Source: Chrysomallon squamiferum (taxonomy: Eukaryota; Animalia; Mollusca). From it: DNA of 64,000 nucleotides. The DNA lies in NCBI GenBank assembly GCA_012295275.1, contig CM022670.1, forward strand, positions 5,270,001-5,334,000. Direction: 5' to 3'. Made by a program: the position numbers and the translations under genes. Numbering within the stretch: position 1 is the first letter of the stretch; each line of letters begins with the position of its first letter. Below the pieces are notes generated by a model. That model searched no databases. It saw only the letters and a program-made list of their open reading frames with translations, and had not been told where the DNA came from. This document shows positions 44,201-58,830 of the stretch, one piece after another.

Positions 44201-45088
44201 GGTTGAAATTATACGTAATCGAAAGGACACACTGATGAGGACTGATCTTGTAGCCACATTTTTTCAAGAGTGTGTTTTACAGCAGAACTACAGCCCACAC
44301 TTTGAAGCCAGTAGTAAAGAAACCCAGACACTACCATGTTAATAATAACATTGAAAAGTTTGTTCTGCGTGTTCCGAAACATGTTTGTTTTAAGAAGAGA
44401 GAGGGGAAAAAATAATTAATCATGATTTTTACTTAATTTGAAACTCTGTAATATCATAACATCAATCATTAAATCACTTTCTCAGCCTGATCCCCAGAAA
44501 GGTTTGTCTCTTGAAGCGTGACTCCTAAAAAGAACTATTCTCGGGAGCCAAAATTGTAAAAGGAATCTTTCAGACTCGATTAATTCAGCTACATCTCTGT
44601 CTTCGATCGTTTCTACCGCATTAGCGAAATACAAATCAAGGGAGGTAACCGGACACGGAAAATACTCACCGGAAGTCTCGTAGTACGAGACGTGACGAGA
44701 ACGGTACCTCTCGTCATGATGTTCGGATTCTCGGAAATCGCTCACAACGCATTTATCGTCCAGTTTCTATCATATTAATCATTTAAGTAGTGTTTTTTCT
44801 CGGTGTCTTGTTGGCGCTCTTATTCAATATAGGATACTGAGGAAAAGTGGAGTCCATTATGAGAGACGCTGCCTCGTTTCATTCACATTAGTTTTGATAA
44901 TTTTTACAAGTTTAGTTCAGATGCCGCAGGCAAATATATGGCTTTTAGTAAGATATGAGATTCTGTTATTCTGAGAAAAAAACTAAAAAGATATTTTTCT
45001 TTTTATTATGTTTTTATTTATTTATTTTTATCTTTGATTGCTTTCCGAACATGTTTTAAGAAGATGTAGATTTAGTTTAAATAATTTA

Positions 45089-45133
<45 letters not shown>

Positions 45134-45159
45134 TAGAAACAATAAGTAATTTAAAAAAA

Positions 45160-45198
<39 letters not shown>

Positions 45199-45764
45199 TA
45201 GAAACAATAAGTAATTTAAAAAATAAAAATAAAGAAAAGAAGAAATAATAACAGTAGCAACAATAACAATACCATAGCCGATAATAATAATATTATTAAA
45301 TCAGAAGTTTACTGTCTCTGGGATTATCCAAATCCATGAATTATTCCTGCTAATTTAAAAGAGTAGCTCTTAGAATGACGGCAGCTGTTTCTTCAGTCAT
45401 ACAATCTTACGTTAAGTATAGAAATGTTTGAGATGTTAAATATTCATTCATCTGTATGCACGTTTGTATGTATGTGTGTTCCTATGTGCATATATGTGTG
45501 CTTGTATATTTTAATTTTATTCGTGTCCGTGTATGTATGTAGTTCTTGTACGTGTGTGTGTGAGTTAGTGTGAGTGTGTGTGTGTGTGATATGACTTCAC
45601 AAACGAGTGACAGTTCTGATCAGTTCAATCTGTTGTAAAGCACGACTCTCTGGGGCACACAGAATACAACGCCTCTGCTTTCTTTCCAAGCCGCTGTCAA
45701 TTTATCAGCTTGGCGAAAATAATTGTTGTAACGACCAAACACTTCTCACGTCAACAATGACGCT

Positions 45765-45835
45765 GAAAGGAATCTGGTCTTGAGATTCGATCCCGGTACC
45801 CACTCCCAGTGACTGCATTCATCGTTAGACCCATA
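45765..45835 (+). mobile_element. tRNA-derived SINE head remnant
   Basis: B-box-like GAGATTCGATCCCGG followed by TACCCACTCCCA; no complete tRNA cloverleaf. Confidence 0.3.
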
Positions 45836-46323
45836 TGTTTTAATAAGCTTTTAACACGGACATGTTCATGCACGTCTGCCGTGACCACAATCTCTCACTT
45901 TCGTCAGACTGATATATTATAAATTATTATTATTATTGATTAACATCAAAAATATCATTTTCAAATTTCATTGCAGCGGAATGGCGCCTTTATATGAGAT
46001 TATATCTCACACTGCGTTCATATGACGATTATAAAATTTCGTTACTGCAGATTTCTGAGAATGAGAGAAAAAAAAAGAAAAGTTTAATTCGTTTACGAGT
46101 GACTCCTTTGTAGTTCCCATAGGTTGTATTGATTTGCGACTGAGTAATACGTTAGACGACAGTTAATTTAAACACTGGAGCGATTTCTTTATAGAAAACA
46201 AACGTGTCAGTGACAGTGGTCGTAGTAGATTCACAGAATGTTCAAGTGAAACGCGTGGAACTCACCTAACGGTCATCTACATGCACGTGGACTGTACTGA
46301 AGAATTTTGTTTGAAATTAGTAA

Positions 46324-46383
46324 ATACATACATACATACATACATACATACATACATACATACATACATACATACATACATAC
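46324..46383. repeat. (ATAC)n microsatellite
   Basis: Direct reading. Confidence 0.95.
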
Positions 46384-47362
46384 GTACATACGTACATATA
46401 TGCATACAGACAAAGCACACCAAAAAATACGTACACACATAAATACATGCAACCCATCATGCATACATATACAAATGCACATACATACATACATACATGC
46501 ATACACTCAAACATACACATACACATACACATACACACACTCATACTTGTATACATGCATTCTTACATATAATAATACAGCGACAGAACAAACCCCAAAC
46601 TACTTGAAAATTATCTTTTTTAATATTAGCTATTACCGGATGTCGATCACGTGGGTTGATTTGTAATCATTTGTCACTATTTGTTATCACCTCCACATCT
46701 TCAGCATCGTTGTCATAATCAGCTTCATGAACAACATCTCACCTTTTAATTTTCTTCCGTTTGTCTGAAGGTAAGAATATTTTCATGTTGTAATAATAAT
46801 AATAAGAATAATAATAATAAGAAGAAGAAGAAGAAGAAGAAGGAAAAGAAGATTAGAAGAAAAAGAAGAACAAAAATAACAACAACTCTAACAATAACAA
46901 CAACAGCAAACGACATGTACGTGTTTACGTATGTATATAAAATAAATATAATTATGTTTAGATGCAGTATTGAAAGTAATTATGTGTATGTATTAATATA
47001 TGTATATATTTACGTATGTACGTATTTATACGTACACGTACATACGTACTTATTAATAACTTAAAATTGCACTTAAACTTCCAAGAACTATTTCTCATCT
47101 TTTGGTTCGCGCGCTTCGCGCCTTGATGATTAACAATTTAAACAAATTATTGACTTCATTTCAGTTAGTTATCCCCATTCGCACCTTGCCACAAACGAGT
47201 CACTGACGAGCGTGTAAATGTTTTATAACGTCGAGAAGTAATCAATGCTACGTGTGAGGGTCATCGTGCTTTCAGAACAGCACTCCTGTTAGTACATCTA
47301 TGAAATGAAATTACGCTGTTGTCTCATATCCTTTTTTTTTTGTCTGTTTCTTTTCTTCTTCT

Positions 47363-47430
<68 letters not shown>

Positions 47431-48096
47431 CGCTCGCTCGCTCGTTCTCGCAAATTCTGAAAAAAAATAAAATAATAAGTAATAAAAAGATAAAGAAGAA
47501 GCCACATAATAATAAGATTTAGATTCAAGATTTAATTTTATCATTACTGCCATATATTTTTATTTTATTTTACATCTTTATTTCTACTCTTCATCTCATC
47601 CTGATGTGTTGACAAATATGAACAGAATCACCAAAACCGCATTAGTATTATTTTTTTATTATTCATAATTTCACATTATCCTTATGTTCACAGAATTTAT
47701 GTATTTATAATAACAATTCTGGCATCCTTTTAAATCGACCTTCTCTGGTTTGAGGACACTTAGTAACTTTTTGTCAACGATGTGGATTAAGTAGCGAAAA
47801 CCCAGAAATTGGATAAATAAATAATCCAAAGTTTAAGGATTATCTTTTTCAGTTTTTAATTTTGTGATCTCTGCAAGTCTTCAGTTTCTAACAATCAAGG
47901 AAAAAAGAAAAAAAATCTCTATCTTTCATTAAACTAAACAGCACTTTATGTTTGAATTCATAAGCCTTTATATCTGAAGTTAGTGACATTTAGAATGTTA
48001 TTCAGTTGTGACGCAAATGAAAATTTGCAAAGTCATTAAGGTTTTTTAAAAGTGTTATTAGCGAAAACCCGTTAGTACACGTTAAACATTTTGTAC

Positions 48097-48128
<32 letters not shown>

Positions 48129-48514
48129 TAATAATAAATAAATAAATAGATCGAAAAAAAAAATAGTAAAGAAAAAGAGAGTTTTTCTTTTATCAGATTT
48201 TATCATAAGTAATCTGTACTTTTTAATAATGTCGCTATTTAAAAACACGTAGGATCAGGTTTAGATACAATCTGTTCACGTTCATCAAGATAAATGCCAA
48301 TGCAGATCATCTGTTTATCTTTTAAGTCGTGTTGCTCGTTTTTCTCCAGTTTTTGAAACGGAAGCATTTAAGGCCATAACTTTTACACTCCAGATTTTTC
48401 TCTGTCGGCATTAATGATCAGTTTCGAATATCTTTAAGCCAAAATGTCCGATCTTTATGTTGAAAGAAAGAAAGAAAAAACTGTATGTACATTTTAGTCT
48501 ATACTGTTATTATT

Positions 48515-48546
<32 letters not shown>

Positions 48547-48581
48547 TTGTTTTGATCTTTTGTGTACAAAGCACATTTCTT

Positions 48582-48616
<35 letters not shown>

Positions 48617-49818
48617 TGTTTTTCTTTACTATTTATATAAGTTAAATTTTAGCATTTAAAAAAAAAAAAAAAAAAAAAAAAAATTATGACTTTACTAACC
48701 GAATATGCAAAGTCGGATTTTCATTTGCGCTCTAAGGAAAAAGCTGTTTAATCTTTTCCAAATGGAACCTCTTCTATCTCAGATAATTTATATTAAATCA
48801 TGTACAGCAAACATTAAAAATTAGAACCGACACTGAATGAAATCGAAATTTATAATGAATACCCTCTCTCAAAAAAAAAATAAAAATAAAAATAAAAAAA
48901 TAAAAATAAAAAATAAATAAATAAATAAAAAATAAAATAAAAGTAAAAAAGTTAAAATAAATGAAAAATAAAATAAAACTAAAAAAGTTAAAATAAATAA
49001 AAATTTAAAAATAGATATAAAAATGCCGGAGGTTTCATATCACAGATAATTTTATCGCTGCAAATTGTAAAGTTTTTCAAGTACGTGAAAACGTATTAAT
49101 AACGCCCTGAATAATTAAATATGGTCTTTACAGGGTAAGACAGCAGTGATCGCCGTGTTTATTATTAATAACAGTTTTTTGATTCCAGCATCAAATAAAA
49201 CACAATCTTAATTACTTTCTCAACAATCGGGTATTCCGTGACAGCGGCTTTAGAACCTGGCATCGCCGTAACGCTATTAAAAATTAACTCTTTAAATGCG
49301 AAGAAAACCCGCGAGTTCTTGGTCAGTCAGTGTAAGGTTGAATGAAATATAATATGACGTATACGTGCGACTTACCAAAAGATGAAAAAGTTTAATTACG
49401 AACGAAGCACGAGGCGTAACAACTAATCCACTTCGGTGTCTGAATGCTGGTAATCAGTTGACTTTTATTTATTAAAAAACTTCCGTGCGTGTCTTCGGTA
49501 CTTTCCGCTGTAAACTCTAGTCATAGGTGACGACATAGGCCTTGTTGATTCTGGTGTTAGCAAAGGACACGAACATTAGGAGTGGTAAACCAGAGCACTG
49601 ATTTCACTTAAACTGAATAATTTATGTTAGAAGCAGGATGAACTTTTTTTTTAACTATTATGTCCAGTGGTCATGAGATGTAAAACAAAGAAAAGTTTTG
49701 TTTTGCCAAATAAACGAAGAAGTTAAATGTTCACTGATAAACTATTTATTTGTCTGACCTTTTAACTGTTAGTTTTTACTATTTTTATTTTAACCCTTCA
49801 ATAGTTCTCTCTCTTTCC

Positions 49819-49850
<32 letters not shown>

Positions 49851-52431
49851 GACTCTGTGTACGTGTTTGTGTGTATGTGGGGTTATGTGTGCGTGTGTGT
49901 CTGTGTTTTTCTTTCTCTGGTCTCTATATCTCTCACTCTAGCTTCTAATCTCTCTTCAGCATATCTTCCTATCTTCTTACAAATCTGTCTATCTGTATAT
50001 CTAACTCTCTATCTATCTTTCTATCTATCTTTTAATATAATTTTTCCTTCTAACCAACAGCAATAATAACTTTTACATCTACGAACAAAATTCGGATCTG
50101 TCTTTGACTGAAAATAAAACGACGTAATTATGACGACCATTCATAATTAATTAACTTATTACAAGTGTCGTGAATAATTTATCGTTGCGAAACTACGTAA
50201 TGTCCAAAGCAATTTATACTTAATCTTTCTCCATTCAAATCAGGGTAACTAAAACTGGATGCATGATTGCTTACTTGCCTAACTGTCTATCGAAAAATAT
50301 GTATGTATAATTCGTTCCTGTTATGTATGTATGTATGTATGTGTCTGTGTGCGTGTGTGCATTGATATTGATGTATTATATAGGCATATGTATGTCTATC
50401 TATTTTATCTAAATGGTGTTTTTTTTTATCTATTTCTTTGTCTGTCTGTCTGTCCATCTGAGTCTGTCTCTCTGTCTTTATATCTATTTATATATCTGCC
50501 TAAGTGTATATGTGTATAATATATATACTATTCAGAAAGGTATTCAGCAGACATACACAAACATACTGAATGTTATTCTGAAGTCAGTGTGTGAATATAT
50601 CATAGTTCTGATATTTAAGTCACTCGTGGCCATTCTCTGCATCAGTTCCTGGTTTATTTTTATTTCTTCTCTTTTACTCTTTCTTATCTTCGTTATAGCC
50701 ATCCCAGTCTTCCATTTTCATTTTCATAAATTACGAATCACTACCACATCATTACCATCATCGTTACCATCATTTCATCATCATCATCTTGTAGTTATTC
50801 TTTGCAATAGTTTTCCTATCTGTATTTTCTTTTCACTTAAACCATACATTTTGGAGTGTTGCTGTTTGGGGTGTTTGTTTGGTGTTTTTTTTCCTGTTGC
50901 GTCTTTCCTTTGTCTTATCTTTCTTAATTTATTTATTTTCTTTTTCTTTCTTTTTAATTTCATTCCTTTTTCATTTACTCTCCTGTACATTTTTAACAAT
51001 AATTTCTATCTCTATTTTTATTTATTTTATTTTATTTTATTTTATTTTATTACACTTTATTTTAATAATCAGTTCATTAATAAATCTGCTTAATTCTTCC
51101 CTTCAGTCAACATCAGCTCATAAACATGGAGAATCCATAAAGAAATCCGAGAAGGACGATAGCTTTTAAAACAGCAACAACATCAAGCACCATTTTGTTC
51201 CACGGATGCGCATATTCTAATGCGCCTTTTCCGGTTCCGTTTTGTGACAAAACACGAGTGAATGAAAATCCTACGCTTGGTAGATCAATCGAAGTAATGC
51301 AAAGCTTGGCAACACAGTACACAGAAATAGCATATTATTAATTCTGACGTTTACTTCCGTATCTATGGAATAGGGGCATTGCAGATGTATCACATTAAAA
51401 TTTAGTAGAAAATTAAGAAAAATAAGAACATAATTACTGCGTGATGTAGCTGTACAGCTAATAATAGAAACTGCTGGAGAATCGCTGGAATAGTTTTTTT
51501 TTAATTTTTTACCTAAATGTAGGATTTATTTATTTATTTATTTATTTATTTATTACTGATTTTTCTTTTTATTTATTTATTTATTTATTTTTTTTTTTAT
51601 TTATTGTTGTTGTTGTTGTTGTTTTTTTGTTTTTTAAAGAAAAATAAAAATATATATAAAGATAAATTTAAATTTTCACTGAGAGACATCCGAATTTTTA
51701 CTTTTATTTTTACTTAATTTTTGTTTATTTATTGATTATTGTTGTTGTTATTTATTTTTAAAAATTACGACTAAATGTTCTTTAACTTTTACCACAAATA
51801 TTTTCCTTCGTATTTAATTTTAAATTTATTTTATATTAGCTTTATAGTTGTTATAATTATTTTATTTGTCTCTTTTGGTTTTTTTTTTACCATGTTGTTA
51901 TTATTGTTATTTAGTTTATTCGGTTTTTATTAAATCTCCATCAAACCATGTCGGAACGGCTATAAAATCTCTCCCCTGATTTGTTCAGTAAGTTTAATTA
52001 GAATCGACATCCAATAATAACACTCATAATGGTTTCAACGATACAACAGTGCATTAATGACGTTATACTACACAAAACAAAACTTGTTATTAAAACTCCA
52101 TACACTGAGTATTCTCTGACAAAACAGTAGAAAAAAAAAAAGCTTACAGTTATCCATTCACAAACAAACACAGTGTCTACGTTTCGGTGCATGAATCTGA
52201 TCAATGCAATAGGATGATGCGCAGATTATTCAAAGTCTCCATGTTGACATTTAATCTTTATTACCGTACTGCCATTGAACCAAGGCAATGTTCTGTCAAA
52301 GTACTGGTGCGGTTTTATTGAATTGTCGTGGGTACCGTGTCGTGTAAATAATGTCTGGCTCCATTGTTGTGTTTGGGTAGCTTTGTTTCAGGGACGGTTG
52401 TTTTCGTATAAGTCTCTCTGTCTCTGATTCT

Positions 52432-52559
<128 letters not shown>

Positions 52560-54278
52560 TTAACAGTGGTGTAGAGGTTATAGCAGAGGAGTAATAATAA
52601 GAGTCCTTTTACTATTTCAACTACTCAGATCTACTATTAAGTAGTTGAAATAATATTTAATTATTTATAGTTTTTATTATCAATACTTTTGCTTTAATGC
52701 TACTACTACTACTACTACAAAATATGCTTTATGAATTTGTAGTATTACTACTGATATAAATACAACAAATGATGATGATGATGACAGTAGTAGTAGTAGT
52801 AGTAGTAGTAGTAGTCGTATGATTACGGTTATGGCACCATTCTCACCTTTTTGCCCTTTATATCAGATCACTGTTGCTAATAGTAACAACAGTTATTTTC
52901 TTATTATAACGCTTCGCTCGCTGTTTGTAAACCAGTCAAAGGTTGAGTGTGTACCTACTTGCTTGCTCTGTCTGTCTCTCTGTATATCTGTGTCACTTTG
53001 TTTTTATCGTTCTGTCTGAGTTTCTGGCCCAGTCTGGCACGACAATGACTGTTCTAAGTAGTTTTAGTCCGCCTATTCAGACGTCTCGATGTCTCCACGT
53101 TTCCTAATACAGCACAAAAGAAAACGAAAATAATTCGAGAAAGGATTTAATGAAATGATATACACTGGAAGTTAACTGTACGCTGTTTGTTTTAACAACT
53201 GAGAAATTTCTTCAAAAAACAGAAACAATGTTTGTATTGTACAGCTGGAAGATTTGTTTTGAATGAAAGATATTATAGTAACTGAAGTAGGGCGTATAAT
53301 GTTTTTTGGATAATAAATGAAGTAGAGAGTATAGGTTTTTGTCTGTTGTAACATCAGAAGTAAGGTTCTTTACTAACTGTAATATACGTTTTTATACAAA
53401 TTCGATAATTATTGAAGTACAAGTATTGTCTGAAATCTAAAATAGTGAATTATCAGCCTTAATGTAAATGCTAAATAACAGGAAGCCAAACCTTCAATTT
53501 ACGTGAATGCTAAAACATTTATTAGAAATAAATTTATTTTTTATTATTATTATAAACCTTTACTGGAATTATAAAATAAAAAAAAAAAAAAAAAAAAATT
53601 AATGAACACACACACACACCCACACCCACACACACCCACACACACACACATACATATATACATACGTATATATCCACACGTTTGACGTGATATAGACGTA
53701 CAATATTTTATAGATAGCAAAACGATCAATTAAAAGGTACTGAAAACATTGCGTTTCGGACCAGTGACTGGATTCTCTCTCTCTTTCAGAGTAATGGATT
53801 GGAAACGAGTCATTCTCGCCGTACACGTGTAGTTTCTGTAAACAAAAGCTTTGAAAAGAAACGTTCTATCCCGACCGACAAATTGACGTGTCCATTTTTG
53901 TAGTTATTTATTTTTTTATTTTATTTATTTTTTTATTCTATTTCTGCTGTGACGAAATACATTTGTCTGTAAATAATCATTACAAAATGCATCTCTGTCG
54001 TAATAGTTTAGATTCGATTTTTCTTGTTGTTAGTTTTTTTTTTTTTTTTTTTTGAAATTATCTTTGTGCCCACGTTAAACTGCCTTCATTTTGGATAATA
54101 TAGCTTGTTGTTGAAGTTAAATGTAAATGTAACGAAAATATCATTTGTCTTTCCTGTACACGATGATGTTTGGCGAAGGCTGTCATTGACGTTTATATTT
54201 GCACAGGTGTTTCGTCCTTTAGAAGGTATGTTTTACTTAATGGTATGTGTAATGCATTACAAAAACAATTGTTTTGGT

Positions 54279-54381
<103 letters not shown>

Positions 54382-55199
54382 CTGTCTCTTTCTCTCATGA
54401 GAATATGAATATTTTGTTCTGTATTTAAACTATAATGAATGAATGACGTCAGTGCTATCATAGATAAACCAGCATTTTTGTCACAGAAAGACAGACTTGG
54501 ATGTATGAATGCAAAATCGATACAAATATAGACTTTTAAAAACGGACGGATAAACATGTTTGTGTGTGTATTTTTGTGTATTATATATATATATACATAC
54601 ATATATATGCATACACACACAAACATACACACACACACACACTCATACTTACATATGTAGTGGGTGTGCAAGAAACAGAGAGCAGGATGCACGGGCGGAT
54701 GGACGGATTTAAATAAAGATAAGTTGATAACAGATGTAGAGACAGAATTGCTATGTAAAGAGACAAAAAGAAATTCTTAAATGGATGAAGAAATTTTAGA
54801 CTGTAGACAGATAAACAGACGGGACGTTTTACTTAATCTCTTACAACAATCTGATAACCAAACATGATCTCCGCTATTACAGCAGCCCGTGCAAACCGTG
54901 CACTCGCGTGAAAAGCTTGGCCGGTTGCGATTAATTTGTGACATGCCACTAAACTGCAATCAAGATGAAATCAATAGAGTTTTGCAAAGAAGAAGGACAC
55001 GAAGAAGAACCCTCGTTCCCACTAATAGTTATTGATAGGCATTTCGCTTTCTGCCGTCGTTCACCACAAATCACTTCAAGAGTGGTCGGCCACTTTTCTC
55101 AACAATTTCACTGACAGGCATTGTGTGTGCACAGATCAACCACTGGGAGATAGCGCTTTACATATAAGTCGTCTGACATTATTAAATCTATCGGTTAGC

Positions 55200-55572
55200 A
55201 TGTTTACACGGGGTCGATATTTCGATCTAACGGGGATCCTCACGCGCGACTCGCGCATCGCACGAGCTCACGCTCAGGGAACGCGCTGAAGGGTGCGCCG
55301 CGGCCGATATTAATAATCGTCTGATTGATCAAAAAATCAGACATCTACGAAAACTCGACTGGCACGCAGTCCGGTGTTAAAATATTAACTTCGTCGACGC
55401 CGACCGGATAAACGGAGTGAATGACGTGGCCCCTGCAGCGAGAGATATAACAGAGTTTTTTTAACCTACCAGTCTACGAGTTTAAAGACGAATTAAAAAG
55501 TTGTTGGAAAACTTTGATTTTTCAGTTGGTGTAAAATAGTTTGAGGAACGTTGAACATTTTTTTGAAAGAGA
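55200..55572 (+). promoter_or_regulatory. CpG-island-like promoter with TATA/Inr and a short non-coding exon (~55471-55572)
   Basis: The most GC/CpG-rich patch of the window. TGACGTGG at 55421, ATATAA at 55445, CCAGTC Inr-like at ~55469, donor AGA|GTGAGT at 55573. Confidence 0.55.
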
Positions 55573-55778
55573 GTGAGTATTTAAAATTGTTTTGCTTATT
55601 TCAAAAATATAATCTGTTCAAGTACGCTTGAGGTGTACACAGTGTTGTACTTTGTCAGTCTTCTGTTCAAGCTAATATTTGTTTGTTTTTTGTTTATTTC
55701 TTATACGTGGGCAAAAAGATGAAGAACAGAATGGCACGCGATTTTGAAACCTTTCAAAAAATTTGTTTATAAATTTAA

Positions 55779-55829
<51 letters not shown>

Positions 55830-58361
55830 TTTTTCTCAAGTATAACATGCTATTAATTTATATTTCAAAAAGTACTTTTATTTTTAAAGTTCAATTTATT
55901 CACTTGAAAGTTAATTTTATTTTAATTAATTTACTTTATAGCATATTAATTTTGTAATTTTAATAATACAATTGTAATCAAGATCTTGTTACTGATAACT
56001 TGAAAGTCTCTACGAGTTTTAATATATACTTACCTCGTTTATATTATATTTTCTTTCTTTTGTGTGTGTTTCTGTGTTGTGTGCAGATCCATATATATAT
56101 AAAATTAATTTTGTGGGCTTTTCTTTCTTCTTTTTCTTTCCATGTTATCCTTTCATTTTCTTATCTTCAAAACCTTTAACAACTTTATAATATTTACAGT
56201 CTCGAATCTTAAACGAGCGAATGTGAGCCTTTGATTCTGCACTAATTTCACACCTTAATCAAACAGTCCGGATCATATTTTGAAATATCGAATTCTGCTT
56301 CGTCTTTTAGGCCTAACATTTCGCTGATCAAAGTCTCGATCAATGGCAGATGTTTCTGTTGAAACCTGATTTGTTTTCAGACAAATTATTTGCCATCCCA
56401 AATATCTCTTAAACTTATTATGTACTTTGCTTTCAGTCTGTGACATGCTCTCGATCAATAGTATCGGCAGATACGGTCGTTTGTCATTTCGTTGTCATCC
56501 TTCGATAACTATCACGTGAGGAACAATAATCACATGATCGTATTTTCTCATTCACCGGAGTACCGTGAAGAGACGCACAGTTCATTAAACAGTTGTTTAT
56601 TTTATTTTATGTTATTCAAATTTTATTTATTTGTTTATATTTAGTTCTGATCTTTCTCTTTATTTCTTTTTCTTTGAAAGTGGACGTAAATGAAGAATAA
56701 TGGAATAATTTTCTCTAATTGTTAGTATATTTATTTTATTTTTTTATTTTATTTTGTTTTGTTTTGTTTTGTTTTATTTTATTATTTCTTTTTCTTTCAA
56801 ATGGATGGAGTAAGGAGGTAATTTCCGTTTACCTGAATAAAATAAAAGCTGACATTATTATTATTATTTATTTTATTTCTGTTTTTAATATATATATAAT
56901 AATAATATTTTTATTATTATTATTATTATTTTTTATTTTTATTTTTATTTTTTTTTATGTCAGTAAATGTATTCCAAATCTTCAGTGTTAATGCCAATCA
57001 TCATACAAGGTAATGTTCAAAGAAATGTCCTTAAAAATAAACTAACTGTGAGTGTTATTAGCATGAAAAAAAATAAAATAGAAAAACAAATCTTGTTTCA
57101 CTACGAGACTGAAGTAGTCTGTGCTTTTCAAACGGACAGAAAAGCCTAAACGATTTACTATAAATAAATTAAGGTGACTCATTCACTGACTTCTTCTTCG
57201 AAATGATGTTAATAATTATATTTTCCGTTCACTCTGTTGGCGGTTAATTTCATGCAAGATATTTGAGACTCGAGCTGTTAGCTGGAACGCGATATAGATT
57301 ACAGGATGCATCTAGCAGAATAGTTCTTTATCTACCGTTAATTTTTATTTTATCCTTTAAAATGTTAAATAGTTCTAGCGTTTCATATGTTAATAAATCT
57401 AGCTAACTGTTCGTTGATAAATGCAACTAATTATGTTTAAAATAAAATTATTTAAATATAATGAAAATGTAAAAAAAAAAAAAAAAAAAAAAGGAAAGAG
57501 GCATGAAGGATTAAAGGTTCGAGACTGGTTTATTTTTCTAACGCTTTGTACCAAAAGTACACAAGTAGATGTATATAACGACTGAAGCCTCAAATGGGTT
57601 TACGCAAAGTGAATCTTGCTGCTTACATCTGTATTCCACTGATGTGTATCAGCAGATAGTTTGTTTCTTCTTTGTTCTTCTTTTTTTTCTTTTTTTTTTT
57701 GTACGTTCTTAACAACATGTCTTAAACAAATCATCACATTATGTAATCTTTGTTAGTTATTTACATCAACACAACCAGTATTTAAATCGTTTCAATTTAC
57801 TGGACATCACCTCGGATGGTTATATATATATATGTATATATACATATATATACCAACATATATATACATACATGTATATATATACATACATATATATGCA
57901 TATACATACATATTTATTTATTTATTTATAATTCTGTACATTTTTTTTTAGTTCATTATTATTTATTCATTTAATTTTATTGATGTTTTTTATTTGTTTT
58001 AAATTTCCATTCTTCCTTCTTTTCACTTAATAACATAAATTCTGAAATATCTATTAATATAAAATACTTGTCTCTTTATTTCCTGGTAATCAAAATAGAT
58101 TTTACAATTATACCGAAATATAATGGTAATAATAATCGATGTAACCTGTCAAGTCAAAATCACTGAATTCTCAGAAAGCGGCATCAGCTTGGTTATTTGT
58201 CACTCTGCCCGGCGTGTTTGTGGATCACGTGACTGACACGTTCTCACAGGCCCGTGGAAAAGGTGAAGTAGTCTTACTGTCACTCTCAGCAGTAGTCAAA
58301 TTCCTATAACTTGTCTCGATGTGTCGTGGTGGAGGTTTTATCTGATCTTATTACAACATTC

Positions 58362-58830
58362 CCAGTAGGAGAATAACCACTGTCAGAGGCTGCAGGAGAA
58401 AAGCCTCTGTAACAGACTGCGGGAGGAATGCCACTCCTGTAAACTATAGGAGGAATGCCACTCCTGTAAACTATAGGAGGAATGCCACTCCTGTAGACTA
58501 TAGGAAGAAAACATGTAGGAGGAAAACTCTTTCGCACACTGCAGTAGAAAAGCCAGCATGACAGTCTATAGGAGGAAAACCACTGTAACAGACGGTGGGA
58601 CAAAAGTCACTGTTACAGATTACAGGGGGAAAGCCACAGTCACAGACTATAGTAGAAAAGCCAGTATCACAATCTAAACGAAGGTAGTTTCTATTACAAA
58701 CTGTTGTGGAAAAGTCTAGAAGAAAAATCACTGGTAAAGCGTTTAAGAAGAAAGCCATTGTTACAGTCAAAAGAATATAACTGTTACATGATAAAGACAC
58801 TGTCTCAGAACATAAGAGGAATGCTACTGT
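58362..58830. repeat. 27-bp-unit minisatellite (three near-perfect units plus about ten degenerate units)
   Basis: ACTATAGGAGGAATGCCACTCCTGTAA-like units at 58416-58500; diverged 27-mers such as ACTGCAGTAGAAAAGCCAGCATGACAG and TCTATAGGAGGAAAACCACTGTAACAG. Confidence 0.88.

Noticed and set aside
45085-45225. Tandem duplication of (AAT)n-TAGAAACAATAAGTAATTTAAAAA
   Set aside because: Simple slippage duplication anchored in microsatellites.
45775-45800. tRNA gene suggested by a B-box-like motif
   Set aside because: No A box or cloverleaf could be built; kept only as a low-confidence SINE remnant.
50413-51093. 226-aa hydrophobic ORF
   Set aside because: T-rich low-complexity sequence yields F/L/I/Y by composition; no recognisable family.
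56273-56458. 61-aa minus-strand ORF with protein-like composition
   Set aside because: Short, with no motif and no flanking exon structure.
58362-58830. Regularly spaced repeats as a possible CRISPR array
   Set aside because: Contiguous tandem units without unique spacers; eukaryotic context; no cas genes.
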